This document shows positions 1 through 20,779 of a stretch of 64,000 nt of DNA, in pieces. The notes below the pieces were generated by a model. It was given only the letters and a program-made list of their open reading frames with translations. It was not told the origin of the DNA and did no database searches. Each line of letters begins with the position of its first letter. Positions within the stretch are counted from its first letter, which is position 1. A program made the translations under genes and the position numbers. The stretch covers positions 2,170,001 through 2,234,000 of the forward strand of contig CM035351.1 in the NCBI GenBank assembly GCA_020137815.1, in the 5' to 3' direction. Source of the DNA: Hormiphora californensis (taxonomy: Eukaryota; Animalia; Ctenophora).

Positions 1-1976
1 TTCAAAGTATGTGTACTGGTGTATAAATGTGTCAACGGTGTTGCACCTGGCTACTTATCTGACCGAATTCAAAAAAGAAAGAGGAAATCTATGAGTCTCA
101 GAAAAGATGACGACAACCTTCTCTTGGAGACACCAAGGGCTAGGTATAAACTAAACGAAAGTGCCTTCAGTGTATGCGGCCCAAAGTTTTGGAACCAATT
201 GCCAAGAAGACTTAGATCTGCTGAATCCTTAAACAGTTTTAAAAGAGATCTGAAGACGCATCTGTTTGGAAAGGCATTTGGGTAGTTTTGGCGTTAGAAG
301 TCTTCTGTGTGGGTTGTGGTTTGTTTTATGTCCTGGCGTTTGTGTTAGGCTTTGATTGCATCGGGGGTTTGTAGTGTGGTCTTCCGGTGGAGTCTGTGAA
401 GTGGTGGTGGGGTCTGTGAAGTGGTGGTGGTGTCTGTGAAGTGGTGGTGAGGTCTGTGAAGTGGTGGTGGAGTCTGTGAAGTGGTGGTGAAGTTTGTGAA
501 GTGGTGGTGGAGTCTGTGAAGTGGCGGTGGAGTCTGTGAAGTGGTGGTGGAGTCTGTAAAGTGGTGGTGAAGTATGTGAAGTGGTGGTGTAGCATGTGAT
601 GTGGTGGTAGGGTCTTTGAAGTGGTGCCTCTTTTGGCTTTGAAGTGAGGCTGTGGGAAAGGCTGTGTTGTGGTGAAGTCTCGGATGGGAGGTCTTTCCTT
701 TTACGTCCTACATTCCTCTACAGTGCTACATTCCTTTCATTACTACATTCCTATTTTGACTACATCCCCTATAACTACATCATCATCTGAAGTCCTTTCC
801 TCCAACATATGAGTAAAGTAGGGGTCTGATATCATGTCAAGAGTGTCGAGTTTTTTGAGTATATTTTCTGGTTGTATTGTGACAGTGTGTTTTGAGTTTC
901 TTTCCTTTCTGGCTAGAGTAGAGTCATAGGTTCTTTGAGCGAGCGAGTGAACCAGCCTGAACAATGTTCAGTGAACATCACGGAGGGTATTACGTTCTCG
1001 AAGACTTCAAGACGATAAACATACATGGACTTTATACGAGTGTGTTTGGAGAATAGACTCTAGAGTTTCTAAGTTGGGCAGCTCTTAACTTTATATCTTC
1101 TCTATCCTAGTTACTTTAAAATTACTTTAAATTAGAACCTAAATACTTACGTCTAGTACAGTTATCTATCTTACAGCTTACTATATTTAGCTTAACGTTT
1201 TTTCGTACATTAAATTTTAAACCCAACCGCATTAATTAACTTATTATGACTGGCTATTGCACTGGTCTCCTGCCTTTTTTATTTTTTACCGCTCTAATTA
1301 ATTAATTTATTAACAGCTTTGTATTTAACCTATCTGACTGACCTCTGGTCTCTTGCTTTTTATTTTTCTACCTCGTTATTCATTAATTTATTACCAGCTT
1401 CTTTAGAATTTTCCATAGGCCATTTATTAGATCATAACCTTATATAGCAATTATATGGTTAGTGTGTATTACCTTATCGGTTATCCTGTTACAGTTACTT
1501 TATCCATTAACTAATTACTTAGCTATTCGCCTCCTTTTTAGATCACTAGCCTTTTACTTGAATTAATTATTAACTATACTACTTACTTAGTATTTACACT
1601 ATGTACTTATTAATCAACAGTTAATTATTTAACTAGTTAATTATCTAACGAGTTAATTATCAATTATCTAACTAGTTAATTTCTCAATTATCTAACTACA
1701 TACTTAATCACTCAATTAATTAATTACGCTATTTCCTAATTATATATTTTATAACCCTTATTTTCTACATACATTTATATATATTATATCGAATGACTGC
1801 CGACGGTTTTTTTAGGCCTTTAGGATCTTATAATCCTATAAGAGCCGCTTTAGAAGGCTTGTTAGTGGTGGGTGCGTTGCTTCAATCGACTGATTGAAAC
1901 GGCGTCCTCCTAGCACTAACAATGCATAGGCCCAAAAGCGGGATATAAATTATAATTGTATTTGTATTTGTATTTG
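1..1976 (+). mobile_element. 3' part of an L2/CR1-group non-LTR retrotransposon (ORF2 C-terminus 1-285, long 3' UTR, terminal stem-loop, (TATTTG)n tail)
   Basis: ORF ends AFSVCGPKFWNQLP..LR...SLNSFKRDLKTHLF, typical of CR1/L2-group ORF2 C-termini. The 3' end reads gagccgctttag...aaaagcgggatataaat followed by a ttgtatttgtatttgtatttg tail. Confidence 0.75.
389..625. repeat. 20-bp tandem repeat (GAAGTGGTGGTGGAGTCTGT)n, ~11 copies, inside the LINE 3' UTR
   Basis: Visible 20-bp periodicity. Confidence 0.9.
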
Positions 1977-2150
1977 CATGAAACTTGAAACTTGAAATAT
2001 AATGAAGGCTATCAACAGTACATGATACATCAACAGTACATGACCAATGACCATCTCTCAAGAACGCACATTTAATATAACTGACTTTATTTAACAGTAC
2101 AAAAGTTCGATTAATACTTAATAGTTAAATAAAAATTGGGATACTGGACT

Positions 2151-2423
2151 GGAAAACGTTAAAATCTGGGTGCCTTTCATTGCTAACAATTCGTAGTTTT
2201 AGCGCGCACGACGAGTTAGAGCTATCCGTTAGGGTCTGGTTAGGGTTTGGTTTGGGGTTATCGGTTAGGGCTATCGATTCTCTAACAGATGCCGTTTAGT
2301 TTACTCAAATTGGCCATGTGGTTGCGTGGCTATAGCCGTTTGAAAAAAGTCGGTCTAAGTGTACTCTTTTGGTAGCGCGCACCTGTAAACAGGCTCCAAG
2401 GCACCCAGATTATAATCGCGCCC
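2151..2423. mobile_element. Non-autonomous MULE-like MITE (family A) with 9-bp TSD TACTGGACT
   Basis: Imperfect TIRs GGAAAACGTTAAAATCTGGGTGCC / GGCACCCAGATTATAATCGCGCCC. TSD at 2142-2150 and 2424-2432. A near-identical inverted copy lies at 58632-58904. Confidence 0.85.
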
Positions 2424-2772
2424 TACTGGACTAGATAGTTCATAGTTATGAGAATTGGTTTTGTGCGAACGGAGAAAAATGGGGTTGACACTTTTACTTT
2501 TTTCCTGAAATCAATGTACAGTGTACACCCCATTATTTTAGGGCTGGTAGGGTTTGGATTCCATTATGGCTCTCCTCTAGACCCACATGGTTAACCACTT
2601 CCTGAAAAAAACGGCTGGGATCTAGACCTTGCCAGCGGGCACACTTGTTATAGATACAGGAAACTTATGCAGCTATTTTTCAAAAAGTTATGGGGGTTTA
2701 CATAATATTTTTTGACCAAAAATGTTTTAATTTCATTTAAGGTTTTCATGGCTTCCTAAAGATGTTGGACGG

Positions 2773-5580
2773 ATGAGTTTTGAAGAGATCCCTCCGTGGG
2801 AGCCGTTACCTCCTAAGGTGCCATACATCGATGAACTAAAACAGGCAATACACGCAGTATACAAACACCCAGATAAAGCTAGTCGGTCTCAAGCGGAGAC
2901 ATGGCTGCTGCAACAACGCAACCTCCCTACTGCGTGGCATGTTTCATGGACTTTGTTGCAGCCAGACTGCACCGTTGAAGAACAATATTTTGGCGCACAC
3001 TTTCTCCATCATCAAATTTCCCAGAGATGGGCCCTGATAAACATCGACCATTTCCAACGACTCCTTCAGACGCTCTTTCAGAAATTAGTTGACTATAAAA
3101 AAGGTCCGACGATTGTGCGTACCAGACTGCTCGTTGCTGTAGCCTCATTTGTCCTTCACTCCCTCCAAGGTCCTTGGCCTGGTGCGATTATGCATGCTGT
3201 CAATTATCTTCGACAATTGGGTGCACATGATCTTGCCCTTCACATTCTTGTTTTAATTCCGGAGGAGTTTTCCTCGCTCACACTCACCGCTCAATCCAGG
3301 GGCACTATCAGAATCCAAGCAAGTGAAGCAGTTGGGGAGGTACTTCAGTTTGTTGGGGAGTGTCAGGAAAACCCGGAACTAAAAGAAACTGCCATGAAAG
3401 CGTTCAGTAGCTGGGTAACGTTTGAGTTGCCGGTTCAACAGGCCTGCCCAATTTTGGAGAAAATGTTTGTTGAAATTTCCAATCCTGCCCTGTTCGACCT
3501 TGTCGTGGATTGCACGGTCAACTTTCTTCGTCAGCCGAGTGCCCTTTCCTACCCAAACACAATCTGGCAGGTAATTGGGATGGTGGCTCAACTTCAACGG
3601 ACCCTGGGGGAGGCGATACAGTCAGATGACATGAGCACATGTCAGGGAATCTGCCAGATACTGTTGGCAATAACGGAAACTTATACGAAGTTGCTATTGA
3701 ACACATCAAGGGAGGATCGGATAGCCTTGGTTCAGTGTCTTATCTCTATGGTACTCGAGTGTACGGGTGTACAAGGACACTATCCAGTGGATGAGAGCTT
3801 TAGTGATACAACCCTGCAGTTTTGGTTTAATTTTGGTGATGATATCGTTTCAGAGGAAGCTGATCACAGTAAACGACTTCTCGTCATGTATGGAAGTGTG
3901 TTTAAAAAGTTAACTGAAATCCTGATCCGAAAGATCGCATACCCGTCTGATAACGACTGGCAGATGTGGAGCGAGGATCAGCGAGCAGAGTTTGAGAGTT
4001 ACAGAAAGGAGGTTGGAGATACGATACTTTTTGTACATTCATTTGTGCCAGACTGTATCTCGGTCTTGGTTGGAGAATACATGTCGTGCAGGACACTGGG
4101 GACGTCCTGGCAGAAAATAGAGGCAACACTTTACATGTTCAGAAGTGTAGCAGAAACAATTCACGACAACTCTACAACATCCAAAGAAGATGCTACTGAT
4201 TCAACAAAGATAATCTCAGCTGTGATCGAATCACTACCAAGTCTCCCTGAACATCCCAAAATAGCTCGAACTGCTCTATTACTGTGTGGAGCGTACAGTG
4301 AGTGGTTACGAAATCACACAGACCAGCTCCTCCCCGCTGTTCGAGTACTACTGGCAAGTGTGAATGATCCAAACCTGTCTCCCTCAGCTGTCATGGCGTT
4401 CCGTGATCTCTGTATCGAGTGTACGGACGTGCTGGCTACGGAAATTATCGCCCTTTCGGAATCATTCCCCGCTGTTTACAGCAATCCTCAGATCAAAAAC
4501 CGAGAGAAGATCCGGTTGTGTTGGTCGTTGTGTACGCTCAGCTCAGAGCTCCCCATCACCGATCTGTACCAGTACCTAAAGCAGCTGCTCTCACCTAGTT
4601 TGGAGCAGTTGCATCACTACGCTCAAATTGAGCCCCAGAAAGAACTGAAAAACAAGCTCAGGCTGGAGATAGGAATTGTAAATGCAGCTTTCCATGGCGT
4701 TAACATTCCTCAAACATGGCCTGAACCACTTCTCCAGCTCCTCAATGAGATATGGGACACGCTCAGGTCAATCCTGGCCAAGTGGGCTCACGATGAGGTC
4801 ATCATTGAGGAACTGACCAATTTCTACTCAAGGGCAATAAACACCCTGGGACCTCTGTTTGATCCTCACCTGGATGCCTTATTGTCCATGTTGTGCGAGT
4901 GTTATGATCACCACCAACACGCCTGTTTACTGGAAAGTGGTGCCCAGGGTCTCGTCAATATCTATGGCCAGAAACGCCCCGAGGTCATTGCGGCCATGAT
5001 GCAGCGACTCAGTAACACAACATTCGGCCTCTTTACTAGGAGCATGTCCGATCACCCAGATCTCGTCCAGGCCTTCTTCTCTCTCCACCTCACTGCCTTG
5101 AGGTGTGCACCTGAGATAGTGTACCGGCCGGAGAGTAACTGCAGGGCGGTACTTCGTGCGGCAATGGCAGCCATTACCATGCAGGAGTACCATACTGTAA
5201 AGGAGGTCAGTAGATGGATGGTGCAGTTCATATCCCACTACTCCCTGAACGAGGAGGTGGCCGATGCGATATCATCTCAGTTTAAACTCCTTGTTGTAGA
5301 GCTGGTTCGCGGTATTGGAACCGCTGCTCCTTCGTCTACTGTTGAGTTTCTGGGTGATGTGTTTGTACCTCTCTGTCGGTCTTGTCCTGATCTCCTGCGG
5401 GAAACCCTCAATTCAATTCTGTCCGAGGCTGATTTCCCCTCAAAGCACATTTCACGAGAGGAAAAAGACCGATTTGCGAGTTCTGTGATGCGGTTTTCGC
5501 ACCAAAAACGGAAATTAAAGACATTGATTAAAGAGTTTTCATTGGTGTGTCGTGGGTATAATGTTCAGGCTGTTCGGTAG
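2773..5580 (+). CDS. IPO13: Importin-13 (karyopherin-beta family), coding region intronless, 935 aa
   Basis: QAETWL..AWHVSWTLLQPD..EEQYFGAHFLH, GHYPVDE....TLQFWF and C-terminal FSLVCRG match importin-13 motifs. Confidence 0.85.
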   Translation: MSFEEIPPWEPLPPKVPYIDELKQAIHAVYKHPDKASRSQAETWLLQQRNLPTAWHVSWTLLQPDCTVEEQYFGAHFLHHQISQRWALINIDHFQRLLQTLFQKLVDYKKGPTIVRTRLLVAVASFVLHSLQGPWPGAIMHAVNYLRQLGAHDLALHILVLIPEEFSSLTLTAQSRGTIRIQASEAVGEVLQFVGECQENPELKETAMKAFSSWVTFELPVQQACPILEKMFVEISNPALFDLVVDCTVNFLRQPSALSYPNTIWQVIGMVAQLQRTLGEAIQSDDMSTCQGICQILLAITETYTKLLLNTSREDRIALVQCLISMVLECTGVQGHYPVDESFSDTTLQFWFNFGDDIVSEEADHSKRLLVMYGSVFKKLTEILIRKIAYPSDNDWQMWSEDQRAEFESYRKEVGDTILFVHSFVPDCISVLVGEYMSCRTLGTSWQKIEATLYMFRSVAETIHDNSTTSKEDATDSTKIISAVIESLPSLPEHPKIARTALLLCGAYSEWLRNHTDQLLPAVRVLLASVNDPNLSPSAVMAFRDLCIECTDVLATEIIALSESFPAVYSNPQIKNREKIRLCWSLCTLSSELPITDLYQYLKQLLSPSLEQLHHYAQIEPQKELKNKLRLEIGIVNAAFHGVNIPQTWPEPLLQLLNEIWDTLRSILAKWAHDEVIIEELTNFYSRAINTLGPLFDPHLDALLSMLCECYDHHQHACLLESGAQGLVNIYGQKRPEVIAAMMQRLSNTTFGLFTRSMSDHPDLVQAFFSLHLTALRCAPEIVYRPESNCRAVLRAAMAAITMQEYHTVKEVSRWMVQFISHYSLNEEVADAISSQFKLLVVELVRGIGTAAPSSTVEFLGDVFVPLCRSCPDLLRETLNSILSEADFPSKHISREEKDRFASSVMRFSHQKRKLKTLIKEFSLVCRGYNVQAVR

Positions 5581-5808
5581 TATTTGAAGAGCGGGGTTAG
5601 GGAGAGTGTAAAATCAGGGTTCTATTTTGGGGGGCATACTTTCAACTTTGTATTTGATGTGTATCAGTTCAGTTTGTTATTTATTCAACACTTTTATAAT
5701 TCTGTGCCGTTTTAATTTATTTTAATTTGGTTGATCCGCCAAACTATCTCTATCATGTTGATAATATTCTTTTTCTCATCGGCCACTTCCCATTAGCTGT
5801 GCTCCAAG

Positions 5809-14443
<8,635 letters not shown>

Positions 14444-15481
14444 AGACACCAGGGACAGAGAGAAGCAGAGAGAGAGGAAGAGATTGGGATTAATAGAGAC
14501 TCAAAACATCCCATCTTTCCATCTCTTATCACCAGCTCTTGTATTATGTTTTTGTGAAAGGGCAGCAACACACTGTGGTTCGTGTGTGTGAATGTGTCTA
14601 TACTTGTGTGTGTATGTTTGTCAAAGAGGAGCGTATGTGATGTGTAGAAATATTTGCTGTAGATACGGCTCTTACATTTTTGGTGTCTTTTGGTGCAGTT
14701 TTTAGAGATATAATAATATATCGGTATTATATATTCAAATATCGAATGATTGAAATCCTCTTGATTTGAGTGTGTTCTATTATGGGCGTGTGGCTTGCTG
14801 GAAATCTTTGCACGAAGTGATTTTTAAAATTATATGTGCTTTGATAGTCCCATATGTTATTACAAGTTGTAAAGAGTTTCCTCAAAACATGTAATTTTAT
14901 TTGGTCGGACCGGAATGAAGGGAGAACAACTGGTACACGTTGACTGGTAAAATTTTGCGTAGGGAACATCCCTGGGATTGGGGAGGGAAGATGTATGCGT
15001 CTTTCTAAGCGATGCACGGGAATCCCTTCTTTGCTCAGAATGACATGCGTCCGCTGGGAGGGTGAATCTTCCAAACATTTCTTACGCCTAGTTTTTCCCC
15101 CTTCATCTTGATACAAGGTGCCAAGACCACCAATATGGGGTTTGCCTTGTTTGACAAAACAATATGGGGTATTGGTATCCGGTATAGGGCACCTAACCGA
15201 TGCTGTCTGGTGGTATCGACCCCGTTTGTATGCCCCCCCCCCCCGTTTTACAGTGCAGCAGACAGCCCCCATGCATCTCCAGTAAAACTGACTTCACAGA
15301 TACATTCGATAGAGAGCTTTGCACGAAATGCATTTCTTTCAAGGCAACTCTTTGGTTGGATTTGTTGAGAGAATTTCCTTCGAAACATATCATCACTCTT
15401 CTGCACTGTAAATCCAATTCAGATACTGCTGCCGCTACAGTAGAAATAGAATTATAGAAATTGGGGGCAAGTAATACTTAA

Positions 15482-15534
15482 ATAAACAATGAATAATTTG
15501 CATACTTGAAGTATGCAAGTTATTCATTGTTTAT
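15482..15534. repeat. Short near-perfect palindrome (possible MITE remnant)
   Basis: ataaacaatgaataatttgcatactt-g-aagtatgcaagttattcattgtttat. Confidence 0.6.
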
Positions 15535-16029
15535 GTTGTTGTTTTACTCCCTTCCCCTTCTCCATTTCACCCCGAAAGAGGCCCCGAAACTCACCAAACC
15601 TGTTTGTCAGTGTTTTCACTTCATTCCGCATAAGAGATCAAGATTGGACAACAAGGACTCAATTTCACACTGACCCGTGATATGTTTACCTTGCCTTTGT
15701 GTACGTATTTGTGTAATTGTATGTGATTTGTGTGCATGATCGTGGGCCTTTGTTCTGTCTTCGTTGCAATGTTTTGACTTAACAGTTAACAGTTCATTGA
15801 CACTAGTCTCAATGAACTGTTAATTCAAAACATTGCAACGAAGACAGGGCAAACATGCAATACCCGGGTATTTTTGTAGGTTGACCATCTCTCTCTCAAT
15901 GAGAATTTGTCGTTTTTCATGTTATAGTTTTTGTAATTGGAATGTTTAGAAGTAATGTTGATAACCAAACTGTGTGTAAGCTGTGACAGTGTCACTGACA
16001 CTGTGTTATCCCCTATCATCCCTGTTTAA

Positions 16030-17072
16030 GGGTACGCCGACCGAAATTTTTTTCGAGTGCAGGGAAATCTCTCACCGTAGGGTTGTAGGCCATACCAAGG
16101 AGACCTCAAATATGCAATTTTAGCCCTTAGGTCGAATTCATATTTTTGCTACAGCTGTTTAAAAAATGTCCTGTAAATTCGTTTTTGGCATCTCAAAATT
16201 TGGGGATTTGAAGAGGACATGAAGGTGAATAACCACAAAATTTTTTTTTGCAATCCGAGCTGATTTCCGGTCCTGAGATGGATTTCTTTTTTTCCACTTT
16301 AACGCCCTATTTGGCAAAGTTCCGAAAACATGTGAAAGCTGTAAATTGGTGAAAAGTTGCGTCTAACGATTATCTAAGTGGCCATAAATTTTGGGCGTGT
16401 CCTTATTTGAGATAAGCTGTACAGAGTTTTTTGTGAAAGCCGTCATTTTAGAAATAAATAAATTGCCTGTATCTCAAAAACGGCTGATCGTAGAGACCTG
16501 AGACTATGCTTAAACGATTCAGAAGGTCCGATTTTGGGGGGGTCTTCTGAGAGACATTTTGCTCCTACTTCAACCGTTTTTGCTGTAATTGCGAAAAACA
16601 AATTCTATGAAAAGGGCAAAAGCTAAACTCCGATATCCTGTAATTAGGGAATTTTGGCTAAGAAAGGACCGGAACTATGGAAAAATGTGTAACAAGCTAA
16701 TTCCTTCACTATTTGGTCCCTATAATCACCAAAAACAAAATCACAAAAAATCCACGATGGCGAAGATGGGTTTTTGTTTTTCGCAAAATCGGTTGAAGTA
16801 GGAGCAAAATGTCTCTCAGAAGACGCCCCCAAAATCGGACCTTCTGAATCGTTTAAGCATAGTCTCAGGTCTCAGATGCTCCTATCTTTAAAAAAAAATT
16901 TTTTAGATGCCAAAAACGAATTTACAGGACATTTTTTAAACAGCTGTAGCAAAAATATGAATTCGACTTAAGGGCTAAAATTGCATATTTGAGGTCTCCT
17001 TGGTAGTATGGCCTACAACCCTACGGTGAGAGATTTCCCTGCACTCGAAAAAAAATTTCGGTCGGCGTACCC
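16030..17072. mobile_element. Non-autonomous DNA transposon with TTAA TSD and GG-starting long TIRs (Kolobok-like)
   Basis: TTAA|GGGTACGCCGACCGAAA...TTTCGGTCGGCGTACCC|TTAA. Outer TIR ~160 bp plus an inner inverted block (~16497-16577 vs ~16790-16873). Confidence 0.8.
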
Positions 17073-17093
17073 TTAATCCCTCTTCTATTGAAG

Positions 17094-19353
17094 ATGGTAG
17101 AAATAATTGGCAATCACGAGGATATACTCCGAGGTCTGGAGTCACTACCTGATTCCACTGTGGATCTGAACGTGTGTAGTATGGATAAACGTCCTATAAA
17201 CCTGGGAAGTTGCATTGCCCAAAGAGGTATTCAATTAAACAGGTACTGCACATAAATTGTCAGTTGTTGTCCCAGTCCCACTTTCAATTTGTGGACTTCC
17301 CCCAAATCATAATCATAGTTTCTCTCCAGCTCCTTTATCCCATAACCGCAACCATTCCACTTCAAGAGTGTCTCTAGTCTCTGTCAGAGCAGTAGTCAGT
17401 CTAGTCTCTGTCAGAGCAGTAGTCAGTGACCACTGGTCACTGACTACTGGTCAGTGACTACTGCTCTGACAGAAGTCCCTCATTCAATGAATCATTACAT
17501 ATTTCAGGCTAAATCTACGGAACGTCAACGTATCGCAAGATGATAAAATCTCCAACCCCACTCCGGTTACAAACGGAAGACCAAAAGAGAGGCGAACTAG
17601 CCAGTTCATAGCTGTAAGTATAATACAAGAATCGACACCCCTATCGCCATCGGCTCCTTGGTTACGTATGACGTCTGCACGATATCGTTAAACGTTCATA
17701 GTTCATACAAATACAATGTATACAGTTTATGCCACTGACATATCTCTTTACCCTCTTTTATAACACTATAGCCGGGTATGAGTGAGGAAGAAAAGAAGAA
17801 GATAGCGGAACAGAAAAACCAAATGGAACTGGATATATTCAAGAAGGTATACTAATTAAGAACAGTATTGTTCTGATTCACCTCTCACCCCTTTCTCAAC
17901 AACAATGACTTATGAGTTGCAGTTGTACTGCTCGCGATTCAGGGCATCCAAGAGCATATACCTAACAGTGTCAGAGCATTAACCTAACAGTGTTGGTATC
18001 AGGCCGCTTCGCTTCGAAGCAAGGGAGGGGTAACTTGGTTACCAACTAACAGTGTCAGGTCAATGCTCTGACAGAGAAATTATACTGCTCTCAGTAGTGA
18101 CACTGACAGGCATTGCCATTCAATTCGCCGCAGGCATTCGGAAGTTTCTTATGTTTGACAAGTCTGGAGGTGGTCAATGGAAATGGGATTCTAACTGAAC
18201 CAGTTCGGTTCCTAAAATGCCTGAAGACTGTGATGCCCCTCCTTCAGTCACTAAAAATAGGGTAAAGTGTTTCAATTTGTAATTGAAATTGGAACACTGG
18301 ACAGCACTGGAACCTCCTGGACCAAGCTACCTCGATCACTAGCAATTCATGTAGTAATTTAAAACTTTTCGTCGCCTAAGTGCAGTTGGCAATTGTCTAA
18401 CCCATTCATATTACCATCCAGAAAAGTATTCACCAAGAAATCTTCAAATGACGACTTGCTGCTACTAACAGAGGACACTCTGGAAAGTTTAGGAGACCTA
18501 CCACATCTCACAACCCTTCACCTAACGGGATTTGCAGGCCGTCAGAACAGATTCCAACCACTACTACTTTAGCAAATTAGATACTGCGATTAGTTCCATC
18601 GCTAGACGAGGGAAGCTGGAAGAGTTTGTGTTTAGCCAGTCAGGAGCAACGTACAAATCAGTGTTTGATATTCTTCGATTCTGTCGGAACATAAGGTAAT
18701 TTTGAAACTATTTTCCAGTCAGATAAGACCTGTCTCAGTCTAGCGCCGCCAGACCCCATCGGCCAGACTTGTTCATGTTGAGTAAAGAGCCTCAACAAGT
18801 CAGATGAAACTTGCTCCGGGTGACGATCATCGCACACACGCATGCCATTGCCAGAGCAAAGTTCAACAACATTCTACTTAATAACCCTCCCAGGAAGATA
18901 GATATTCAGGGTCGGTTTGGGAAGCCAGGTCTGTTCATGTTACAAAACAACGTCCCCTTCCTGAAACTGATAGAGCACCATGCTGACTCAGCTGTCTACA
19001 ACTCAACTAGAGAGGGCTCAGAGCTAACCATGTCCCTAACCAATGTGCTACTTGAGGAAAACCGGTTAGTTCACTCCATGAATATAGACTTAATTGAGCC
19101 TGGCACCTCCCAAGAGAGTGCTACTGCTAGATATTGGGCACCGCGGCAGGCGCTGGATCGTGATCGTGTAAACAATAAAGATACCTAAATCAAGATTCAG
19201 TGAATATCATCTCGCCCCCTGAACCACTAACCTGAACCACTAACCTATGTGCAGGTATGATCCAGGATGGCTGGATGAGGATTACCCAGAGGACAGGCTT
19301 GATGACGAAGAGGAACACGAGAACCTCAAAGAGTTCCAAGAGGAGGGTGGCTA
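17094..19353 (+). CDS. Multi-exon LRR-like protein of unknown function; approx. exons 17094-17242, 17508-17613, 17772-17846, 18110-18261, 18422-18695, ~18855-19165, 19255-19353; one apparent +1 frameshift near 18560
   Basis: The first five exons are phase-consistent GT-AG exons encoding LRR-like segments (MPLLQSLKIG; TLESLGDLPHLTTLHLTG; ILRFCRNIR). Later junctions are unresolved. Confidence 0.45.
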
Positions 19354-19764
19354 AAGTGCAGTGTTGTATTAGGAACCTGTCAGATAGCCTGGAGGGAAAA
19401 TAGGATGAGAGAGAATCACAATGATATATTTAGATTGTGTGGACGATTTTATTACAGATCAATGGGTGGACAATTAGAAATAGAAAGATTTTTTTGCTGT
19501 CGTGTGACAATTTTATACCGTTACTAAATCATGACTCATGTCTATAATTGTTCTCTTCATTTCCAAGGTGGGTATAGTGCAGGCAATTGGGCACGTCGCG
19601 CCCCCCATGTTCGCGCGCCCGTAGGGCTTCGCAGGCAATGCAGGCAACTTCAAATCCTGTTGCTGTATCTGAAAAGGTTTAAAGTAAGAGATTGACAGTG
19701 GCAGTACCACACTGAACAGTTGGGAAGGCACTCAGTTGCAGTATGTCTGACAGGGAGTTAGGTA

Positions 19765-19862
19765 CTGGGACAGTTTGGATAACTGAAAGGCAGCTATTTT
19801 GTGGTGTTTTGGGGATTCTGGGACAGTTTGGATAACTGAAAGGCAGCTATTTTGTGGTGTTT
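19765..19862. repeat. Direct tandem duplication of ~53 bp
   Basis: ctgggacagtttggataactgaaaggcagctattttgtggtgttt occurs twice. Confidence 0.8.
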
Positions 19863-20779
19863 GAACTGAAATTGTAACCGATAACAGTAGTCACTCAATA
19901 ATCTCCCCACGACATAAAACACTCTCAACAATCGTCCCCTTCACAATCACACACACAGGGCTAAAAGCATCACGGTAATTGCACTGAATAATTTGGTCCC
20001 CTTGTGTTTGACTACGTGACATGCGTGGCAAATCACAATCCTAAGAAGATACTGCTAATCTAGACTAGACAATCTCCCACCCCCTCTCTTTCTTCCCTTG
20101 CGTTGTTCAGCTAGGTAGACAAGAAATGCCATCTTCCAGCCCCCCTCTCATTCCACCCCCCCCCCCCCTGATGATGATGTGCCCCCGTGCACACCGCCTT
20201 CTAAACGATCTACCCCTCCCCTCAAATAGTAGCGTTGCGTGCTGTTTTGGTGGTAATTTACCATAGACCTTGTTGAGTAACAACATATAGACCAGGTTAT
20301 AAACGAGTCATTAGTAAAGACACCTAGACAACCCGCAACATGGTCAGTTATTAGGGAGACTCGGCACCAGTGAAACCATTATCTGTTCCATTCTAGCTCA
20401 TCATCACTCCCCCCCCAGACGGGCTAAAGACTTCAATTATTGTGACATAGTGCTGGTGCAATCTAACCATGTGTGTTATGGCTGGTTAGGTAGCTGAAGG
20501 GGGCAAATTACCAGTAGCCGCTATAATTACCTTTGTACTACCCCCTTGTGGTAGGAAACTATAAATAACACACGTGCACAATGGTCAAATAGAGTTTCTC
20601 AGATCTTGTCTCGCAGCATATATATCGTCTCGCTGTGTCAGATCTCCTCAAATAGTTCATTATATATGCCAACTGCAGTGTCTTATCAAATACTGCACTG
20701 ATCGTGTTTCTAATTAATTTGTTGCCCCAGTCATCACAATGCACGATTCACACAATGGTAAATTGTCTCTGGCCCATTC

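Noticed and set aside
326-595. His/Thr/Pro-rich ORF
   Set aside because: Translation of the 20-bp minisatellite.
2927-5238. Antisense and alternate-frame ORFs within IPO13 (likewise within the GPCR, MCM6 and LanCL3)
   Set aside because: Shadow ORFs of real coding sequence.
14727-15457. Overlapping ORFs on both strands (181 aa, 86 aa, 85 aa)
   Set aside because: No recognisable motif or convincing splice structure; a homopolymer at ~15233-15244 makes the frame uncertain. Cannot be supported as a gene.
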